DNA from: Trichoplax adhaerens
Lineage: Eukaryota; Animalia; Placozoa
NCBI RefSeq assembly: GCF_000150275.1
Contig: NW_002061024.1
Span: forward strand, 1-6,681
Direction of reading: 5' to 3'
Length of the DNA stretch: 6,681 nucleotides
Both the position numbers and the translations under genes were made by a program. The first letter of the stretch is position 1. Each line of letters starts with the position of its first letter. The notes beneath the pieces were generated by a model that saw only the letters and a program-made list of their open reading frames with translations, had not been told where the DNA came from and did no database searches. Below, piece by piece: positions 1-6,681 of this stretch.

Positions 1-420
1 AAGACTTGAGCTTCTTCACAGCATGGTCGTCTAATTTAGGAATAGATCTACTGAAAGCAATCAGTTTGAGAGAGATGCCGAGCAAAGAATTCTTCTAACT
101 ATTTCCTACTAGAAACGACTTGAGCCAGTTAAACAGTAAGGTATTCTCGTAAATGGATAGATGTAGTCAAAGTGATCCTCTTAAGAAGGATATCGAGCAA
201 GGAACTCTTTCAATTATTTCTCACTAGAAAAAGACTTGAGTTAGTCAAACAGGAAGATAGTCTAATCAAGGAATAGATTTACTGTAAGGAATCATGTTAC
301 GAAGGATGTAGAGTCGTGCATTCTTCCCATCGTTTATAACACAAAAAGACTCTTGACAGTCAATTAGTAAGAGAGCCAAATCAGGAAGGGAAGGATCTAC
401 TGAAAGTCATCATTTGGATA
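1..420. repeat. Degenerate tandem repeat, ~115-bp unit, ~3.5 copies visible (probably continues left of the window)
   Basis: GACTTGAG at 3, 117 and 233, with a degenerate AAGACTCTTG at 346. TAGAT(C/G/T)TA-like blocks at 43, 158, 274 and ~392 (TAGATCTACTGAAAG / TAGATGTAGTCAAAG / TAGATTTACTGTAAG / GGATCTACTGAAAG). The block CGAGCAA.GAA.TCTT..AA.TATTTC..ACTAGAAA is shared by units 1 and 2. Spacing is 114-118 bp, not a constant multiple of 3, and no ORF is called. Confidence 0.85.
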
Positions 421-915
421 CGCTCATTCTTATCATTAAAATCCAAATTACGCGTAGTCCAAGTGCGATATTCACAACATTTCTACAGCGTTCAATCCAT
501 GGAAATGGAGTATCTTATCTATTAATCATGTCATCTGTGCTTTAATGAGTAAGTAAGAGATCTATAGACAGAGATCGCCATAATCTCTTTCATCATGAAT
601 CATGTTGAACATCATGTTGCGGTGGTGGACTAAGGATCATTTTAGACTTCAATCCTTCCACCGATTTCGATCGATGTCTAGCCATCATTTGCGTAAACTA
701 TCAATGGAGACAATGTTAGTATAGCTATGAAGAAAGGCCTTATGACAGTGTCTAGGAAATGATTTGAAGGCGTAGGATAAGATCCATTTTAGACGAAATG
801 GTCAACATGGAGAANATGTCGATATCAAGTCGTAAGCGTTCAGAGCGAATGGGTGATCATGGACCGGCGGTACGTCGATCGCCATTTCACTTTCCCGTCA
901 GCTAGCAATATTATG

Positions 916-1429
916 NNNNNNNNNNNNNNNNNNNNNNNNNNNNNNNNNNNNNNNNNNNNNNNNNNNNNNNNNNNNNNNNNNNNNNNNNNNNNNNNNNNNN
1001 NNNNNNNNNNNNNNNNNNNNNNNNNNNNNNNNNNNNNNNNNNNNNNNNNNNNNNNNNNNNNNNNNNNNNNNNNNNNNNNNNNNNNNNNNNNNNNNNNNNN
1101 NNNNNNNNNNNNNNNNNNNNNNNNNNNNNNNNNNNNNNNNNNNNNNNNNNNNNNNNNNNNNNNNNNNNNNNNNNNNNNNNNNNNNNNNNNNNNNNNNNNN
1201 NNNNNNNNNNNNNNNNNNNNNNNNNNNNNNNNNNNNNNNNNNNNNNNNNNNNNNNNNNNNNNNNNNNNNNNNNNNNNNNNNNNNNNNNNNNNNNNNNNNN
1301 NNNNNNNNNNNNNNNNNNNNNNNNNNNNNNNNNNNNNNNNNNNNNNNNNNNNNNNNNNNNNNNNNNNNNNNNNNNNNNNNNNNNNNNNNNNNNNNNNNNN
1401 NNNNNNNNNNNNNNNNNNNNNNNNNNNNN
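916..1429. other. Assembly gap (514 N)
   Basis: Run of Ns. Confidence 1.
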
Positions 1430-1575
1430 GAAATGAGAAAATGAATGCCCGATTGGTAAGCCGCTGTTGCCATGATGAGTTATTGAAGGATCGTGGGTAG
1501 ACGATGGATCATCTCATGAACACAAATTGAAGGCCCATGGCAAATCATTTTCATTCATCTTGTTACTAAGCAAAC

Positions 1576-1685
1576 TGCGAACCTTTCGCACATTCTTTAT
1601 GGAAAAGAATGTAGTAGAAAGGAGGATTATTGACTACTTGTTGTTATTAGATCAACCATGATATCGCCATCAACAAGGTTGATGG
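1576..1685. repeat. Cluster of three perfect short inverted repeats (hairpins)
   Basis: TGCGAA(1576-1581)/TTCGCA(1585-1590); ACATTCTTT(1590-1598)/AAAGAATGT(1604-1612); CCATCAAC(1667-1674)/GTTGATGG(1678-1685). Confidence 0.7.
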
Positions 1686-2086
1686 ATCTTGTCGAGCAAA
1701 ATGAGTCCAGATGAACCATGAAAATAAACAGCCAAGTAAGGCCCATGTTCTACTATTAACGACAACAATTTAAACTGCAAGGATTATGATGATACAATTT
1801 TCCACGCACTCTATCATCCATGATGAGTCTCATTTAGACTGTCTTTGAACCCTCTTGGTGATCCACACACCTAAAAGAGATCTCCATGAATCGCCATCAT
1901 GTTGATAGATGATTACTTATTGTTACAAGGAAAATCTCCAATTATCCTTTAAGGTCAAGAAGCACGCCTTTAATAAAGACGCGAATATCTAAAAGGTGCA
2001 GTTTTGCTCTCTTAGAGTCCGTACTTCAGAATATCCTATTTACAAGACGATAATAGAAGATAGTTGACCCCATATCTACTCCAAAT

Positions 2087-3174
2087 ATGGCTACTAGATA
2101 TAGCGAATTAAAAATTTTCAGAAAATTCAACTCCTATATGAAGAAGGCGAGAAGAAGTATATAGCGCAGGATGACCTAAATGCAATCTCAAATTACGAGC
2201 AAGCTCTAGATCAAATTCAGTCGTTGCCAAAAAAGGATACTGATCTAGAACTCCAGTATAAGATTAATCTTCGGATTACTGATATTTATATTGGCATGGC
2301 GAATGGAGTCAAGCTACTAAATTTAGGCAACATGCTCTATATATGGCTAATAGAATGAAAAATCAGGTCTACATTGCCGATTGCATAGACAGGCAAGGAG
2401 ATATTAAAAGAATGACTGGCGACGAAAGTGGAGCCTTATCTGATTTTCGGATATCACTGGATATGAAGTTAAAATCACTTGATGGCGACAATTTAAGCAT
2501 TGGTGATACCTATCATAAAATAGGACGTGCCTACTTTAGTCAAAAAGAATATAACAAGGCGCTTTTAATGTATCAAAAAGCACTTGATATTCGAATCAGA
2601 AAGCTTGGTGATGATGTAATTGTAGCTCAATCCTATCATAATATAGGACTTGCCTATAGCAACCTAGGCATGCTTGACGATGCTATCAATATGAATAAAA
2701 AATCACTTGAAATAAATCTTGCCAAGCTCGATAATGATCATTATCACGTTACTACTTCTTACGATTTCATGGGAAATTTATATAAGAAGAAAGGGGCGTA
2801 TAAAGAAGCTCTTGCAGTGTTTAGAAAAAGTCTTGAAATTAGATTGCAACGGCTTGGTAGTAATGATGTTAGTGTTGCATCATCGTATCGAAATATAGGG
2901 CTTCTGCATCGTAGCGCTAAGCAAAATAATCAGGCTATACGGATGCTTGAAAAAGCAATCGAAATTTTAACTTTTAATTATGGAGAAAATCACCGAAACA
3001 TTGCCAATATCTATAATGAAGTAGCTACATGCTATAGTCATCTGCATCAGAAAGATGTAGCCGCGAATATAAGACGAAAGGCTGATAGCATTCGTAAAAT
3101 TTTAAGTCATTCGCCACAGAAGAACAGTCACCGAGTATTTCAACCACTTAGCCATGTTTCCCGACAATCAGAAG
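2087..3174 (+). CDS. Exon 1 of TPR-Roc-COR (Roco) gene: N-terminal TPR array (kinesin-light-chain-like 42-aa TPRs), with two apparent frameshifts; 5' end uncertain
   Basis: ORF 2343-3215 has six 41-42-aa repeats (e.g. IGDTYHKIGRAYFSQKEYNKALLMYQKALDIRIRKLG, VAQSYHNIGLAYSNLGMLDDAINMNKKSLEINLAKLD). Its frame is open from 2283 (YLYWHGEWSQATKFRQHALYMANR). An adjacent frame, open 2104-2358, gives further TPR-like sequence (QKIQLLYEEGEKKYIAQDDLNAISNYEQALDQIQSL...INLRITDIYI). An ATG at 2087 (MATRYSELK) lies in the third frame; TTTTCAG ending at 2121 is an alternative splice acceptor. The donor is GAAG|GTAAAT after 3174. Confidence 0.85.
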
Positions 3175-3712
3175 GTAAATTTCTATGCATGCGATTAGTA
3201 CAACTATATTTATAATTAATTTCTGCTTAGTACTGTATATGTCATCCACTTTTTTTCTTTCTATTGCAAAATATGCACTTAATTTCTAAAATAGAAGATG
3301 ATTTTAGCTGCTGTTTCATCTTACTAGTCGTGTCGTACTAAAGGCAACGAAAATCTTGACCATTAATTCTTAATTAGTTATGATAATGTGCACGTATGCT
3401 AACAGGTAGTTTATATCTAATTCATTAAAATAAGTAGTCTCTCTCGTACTATTCTTGACATCGTTTAAATCACATTTACTAGTGCAAACTCCCGTCGCTT
3501 TGCTGACGGCTTACGATAATGTGCTCATTTAACAGATAGTATTACTATTTGATGGACCTGTCAGAGGTTCAGTAACTTTTTACCGTGTATGGTAAATATA
3601 AGAAACCTTAGTCATTCCCTGGATATCACTTTACATTCGTAACCTTTGCTCCACTAACAAAATTTTTATTTTTCTATCTGTTGTATATCATATTTGAATG
3701 ATATTTGGATAG
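3175..3712 (+). other. Spliceosomal intron (phase 1, 538 nt) joining the TPR and Roc exons
   Basis: GTAAAT at 3175, an AT-rich body, a T-rich tract at ~3663-3682 and TAG ending at 3712. Splicing gives G+GT = Gly and an in-frame ...RQSE-G-TGIQSKNYLKAY... junction. Small internal exons cannot be excluded. Confidence 0.7.
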
Positions 3713-5056
3713 GTACTGGTATACAAAGCAAAAATTACTTAAAAGCGTATAATAGAGCAATAAAGCAAGGAAAGCGTCGCAATAATTTGATTCGTGCTAT
3801 GTTTGTTGGGCCTCGTAATGTCGGTAAATCATCGATTATAAGAGTTTTCACTCAACAAAGGCTAAGCGGTCATGACTCACCGACACAAGTTGTTGAATGG
3901 TCGGAAAGAATGATCAAAATCAATGCTTATGACATTTATGATGGGAAATTTTGTGCTATGAGTGAAATATTAGAAAAAAACGTGATCGCGTCTATAGAAG
4001 AATCGCCTCAAGTTACCAAAGAGCTTGATGATAATCCAAACTTCAAGAAGCAGATTATCGAAACTCCCGTATTAAGTAAAGAAAATCACAAGCTGCATCA
4101 GGCGAATCATCATTAAATAATCTATGCCTCGACTCTTCTGATACAACCCAAAGCGACAATCTAATAGTATCGATCTTTTCTCAAGTTACTAAGATTTCGC
4201 TAGAGAGTGAATTTAATTCGAGCACAATGCAAAACGACCTTCAAAACTATTTCGTATCTATTACGAAAGACAGCAAAGATGCAAAAGAGGATAGAAAATA
4301 TGCTAAAATATGGGATTTCGGTGGCCACTCTGTCTATCACGTTACCCATCGGCCGTTTATGTCCGCTAATAATATTTATATTCTTGTCTTTAACATTACC
4401 CAAAATATTAATGACCATGTAAAAACAAGACATGGTTTACTACTTACTACCAACTATTTACAAGCCATGCAAGAATGGCTTACGTCGATTATAAGCGGCC
4501 ATAGGGATCCAAGTGACATTAGCATCAATATTGACGGTGTACCTGTGAAATATTCATTGCCTATTGTTATTCTTGTGGCTTCTCATGGCGATAGTCTTGA
4601 TGGCAAAGAAGATGGAAATCGTCGATTTAAACAATTTGAGCAAGATTTAATTTCTTATATGCCAACTTATAAGCGTAATATCTACTCTTCAGGTATTATT
4701 TTCAATTGTAAACCTGAAGATAATAACTTAGCTACGATATCTCAACGTCGAGAATGTTGTCGTCGTTTACATCTCATTATTAAAGAATTTGTTTTATCCT
4801 TGTTTTTTATTCGTAATCCAATTCCTATCAGGTGGTATATTATGGCTACAATACTCAATACATCTTTTCACAGATATGAAAATCAAGAGTCATCATCCGT
4901 AATTGATCAAATTAGAGCAGCTCGTGTTCGTGATATTATGACTATGCAAGATGTAACATTATTAGCTCAAGATTATACGTTGTATGAAAGTAAAGACGAG
5001 CTAAAAGTGATGCTAATGTATTTACACGATTTAGGAGAGATTGTATTTTGTCAGAA
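3713..5056 (+). CDS. Exon 2 of Roco gene: Roc GTPase domain plus start of COR domain; one apparent frameshift at ~4080-4113; 3' part lost in gap
   Basis: G1/P-loop MFVGPRNVGKSS (GxxxxGKS 3808-3831); G2 Thr in DSPTQ (3883-3885); G3 KIWDFGGHSVYHVTHRPFM..IYILVFNI (W at 4311); G4 ILVASHGD (SHGD 4581-4592). COR signatures IPIRW (4821-4835) and LMYLHDLGEIVF (LHDLG 5022-5036). The first frame stops at 4116 and the second is open from 4080, so they overlap. Confidence 0.9.
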
Positions 5057-5306
5057 NNNNNNNNNNNNNNNNNNNNNNNNNNNNNNNNNNNNNNNNNNNN
5101 NNNNNNNNNNNNNNNNNNNNNNNNNNNNNNNNNNNNNNNNNNNNNNNNNNNNNNNNNNNNNNNNNNNNNNNNNNNNNNNNNNNNNNNNNNNNNNNNNNNN
5201 NNNNNNNNNNNNNNNNNNNNNNNNNNNNNNNNNNNNNNNNNNNNNNNNNNNNNNNNNNNNNNNNNNNNNNNNNNNNNNNNNNNNNNNNNNNNNNNNNNNN
5301 NNNNNN
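5057..5306. other. Assembly gap (250 N) interrupting the COR domain
   Basis: Run of Ns; the round size suggests an estimate or placeholder. Confidence 1.
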
Positions 5307-5435
5307 ATATATCATGTTTTTTGCAATCGTCTAACACCACATGAACTATTATCATCTACGTTGAATTTGATTTTACAATCAATATTACCTTCTTCTACAT
5401 TGACTACATCTCTAAAGCTAACAAATACGGCTAAT

Positions 5436-5485
5436 NNNNNNNNNNNNNNNNNNNNNNNNNNNNNNNNNNNNNNNNNNNNNNNNNN
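5436..5485. other. Assembly gap (50 N)
   Basis: Run of Ns; the round size suggests a placeholder. Confidence 1.
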
Positions 5486-5688
5486 AATATCCTTCAGAAA
5501 ACATATATACCTAAATATCTCTACAAGAAAAATAGGGCAATATGGAGTTAATTATCTACATATCAATACCTTGCAAGCTGTTCATTTATTCAATTCTTAA
5601 AATTTAAATTTAAAATCGACGACTATATAACATAATATTTTATAGATCACAAATAATTTCTCCTTTCATGATAATTTAAAATATTATA

Positions 5689-5709
5689 TTTATTCCTTGG
5701 CACAATAAA
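5689..5709. promoter_or_regulatory. Possible opposed polyadenylation signals between the convergent genes (AATAAA on - at 5689-5694, on + at 5704-5709)
   Basis: The hexamers are present between the two genes, but the DNA is very AT-rich, so chance matches are likely. Confidence 0.2.
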
Positions 5710-5922
5710 TATAAATATGCCAGTGTTATAAGAGTGTAGTTTGCATGAAATATGCTGAAAAAATCTTTTGTGGATATATTATTCATATTTAATGATATTT
5801 TCATAGAATCTCATAATACGGTATGTAATACATTTAGTATAATACTGGCCCTTGTAGTACATTATCTTTGCACCAATATGTCATGTATTGATACACAGAC
5901 TAGCTTATAAAAGGAGTTGTAA

Positions 5923-5938
5923 AAAGAAAGAAAGAAAG
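5923..5938. repeat. (AAAG)4 microsatellite; pyrimidine tract on - strand
   Basis: AAAGAAAGAAAGAAAG read directly from the sequence. Confidence 0.7.
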
Positions 5939-5973
5939 AGGAAGTTAAGCGCGTATACTCGGTCGGTTGCGAG

Positions 5974-6320
5974 CTATACAATATAATGAGCTATATAATA
6001 TAATCCGATTGCAAATATAGCGAGAACAATAATTGAAGATAGACGATTGATATGTAGAATGGACTCTGCCTTTGGTATGTTTTTGGTGCCCACAATATCT
6101 TTTCTAGAAATTTCCAGCAAAGCTTTATCTAGCTTATCAGTTGTCGCATTTGTAGAATTTTTCTGACGCCATGTATTAAGAAATTTCAATGCCCGATTGA
6201 AATCATTTTTTTCCTCTTCTATGATTGCATTAACCGGAATTTCTGGGTCGAGTACTCTCGCTAATGTTGTCCAATCTGCACCGATCTCGCTCGCAATATG
6301 ACGAATGTAATTGTTTAGGC
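5974..6320 (-). CDS. Probable terminal exon encoding a death domain followed by a C-terminal transmembrane helix; upstream exon(s) not identified
   Basis: Extending the 5974-6189 ORF upstream in frame gives LNNYIRHIASEIGADWTTLARVLDPEIPVNAIIEEEKNDFNRALKFLNTWRQKNSTNATTDKLDKALLEISRKDIV. This has the death-domain pattern (IA.xIG.DW..LAR.L ... L..W.......AT...L..AL..I.R.DIV). A short linker and LSSIIVLAIFAIGLYYIAHYIV* (6042-5974) follow. There is no in-frame ATG upstream before a TGA, and a pyrimidine-rich acceptor TTTGCTCACTTTCAAG| precedes 6320 (phase 1). Confidence 0.85.
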
Positions 6321-6681
6321 CTTGAAAGTGAGCAAACGCATGATAAAATCGTCAATATACCGATACTTGTCTTTGTTTGCAAATTTAATTAACAGTACTA
6401 GAAACAAAATGTTATTTTACAACGCACGGACTACATTATTTAGCATTATCCAAGATCACAGAGAAAATTAAAATGTTTACTAATACTATTATAACCGCAA
6501 TAAAGCGGAAAAAATATTGGTATGTGTAAGCTTTAATTATTTAACTCGTATTATTTCAAAGTCGAAAAAATCGTCTACAAGGTAACTCTACTGTAGTTAA
6601 AATGAAAGTCTTTACCTCAAGCATAATATTTAACAAAAGCTTACTAATTCCTATTTNGTAGCGTTTTTAAGATCAAAATTA

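Noticed and set aside
1-420. CRISPR array or coding repeat
   Set aside because: Similarity extends along the whole unit with no unique spacers, there are no cas genes, the context is eukaryotic, and the period is not a constant multiple of 3.
853-1500. ORFs 853-1500 (+) and 898-1473 (-)
   Set aside because: Artefacts of reading through 514 Ns; the flanking peptides have no recognisable motifs.
3175-3215. ORF tail KFLCMRLVQLYL* and the TTG 'starts' at 3694 and 6189
   Set aside because: Better explained as read-through into intron or internal exon sequence; splice sites flank these positions.
3492-3509. Small hairpin CCGTC...GACGG in the intron
   Set aside because: A single 5-bp stem is expected by chance.
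2108-4090. Programmed -1 ribosomal frameshifting at the frame slips
   Set aside because: No correctly phased X XXY YYZ heptamer at 2110-2119 or 4078-4086; three slips in one gene are more simply indel errors or decay.
4200-4433. ORFs 4200-4433 (-) and 4207-4422 (+)
   Set aside because: Shadow frames overlapping the motif-bearing Roc frame.
2087-5056. Assigning LRRK, DAPK, KLC or NPHP3 gene symbols
   Set aside because: No kinase, LRR, ankyrin or KLC heptad region is visible; only family-level similarity is supportable.
4942-5355. Short ORFs spanning the 5057-5306 gap
   Set aside because: Mostly X; gap artefacts.
5307-5600. C-terminal part of ORF 4227-5600 as the true Roco C-terminus
   Set aside because: Frame continuity depends on round-number gap sizes and the peptide lacks COR-like motifs.
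6610-6681. Upstream exon of the DD gene at minus-strand donors (GTAAAG at 6615, GTAAGC at 6644)
   Set aside because: Phase-1 readings meet stop codons immediately or within a few codons; a 6-nt micro-exon (6650-6645) is possible but unsupported.

Overview
AT-rich, intron-containing eukaryotic draft-assembly DNA with three N gaps (916-1429, 5057-5306, 5436-5485). The gene content suggests an early-branching invertebrate animal, possibly a placozoan; this is inference only. The + strand carries a two-exon TPR-Roc-COR (Roco-family GTPase) gene: a TPR exon (~2087-3174), a phase-1 GT-AG intron (3175-3712) and a Roc-COR exon (3713 to the gap at 5057). The ORF track splits this gene into pieces. It reads as one protein once the intron is spliced and three single-base (-1) frame slips are corrected, and the Roc domain has a ~120-aa insertion between G2 and G3. 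Converging on it from the - strand is an exon (6320-5974) encoding a complete death domain followed by a C-terminal hydrophobic helix, i.e. a candidate tail-anchored death-domain adaptor. Upstream are a degenerate ~115-bp tandem repeat (1-420) and a non-coding region rich in hairpins and dispersed motifs (~440-2020).
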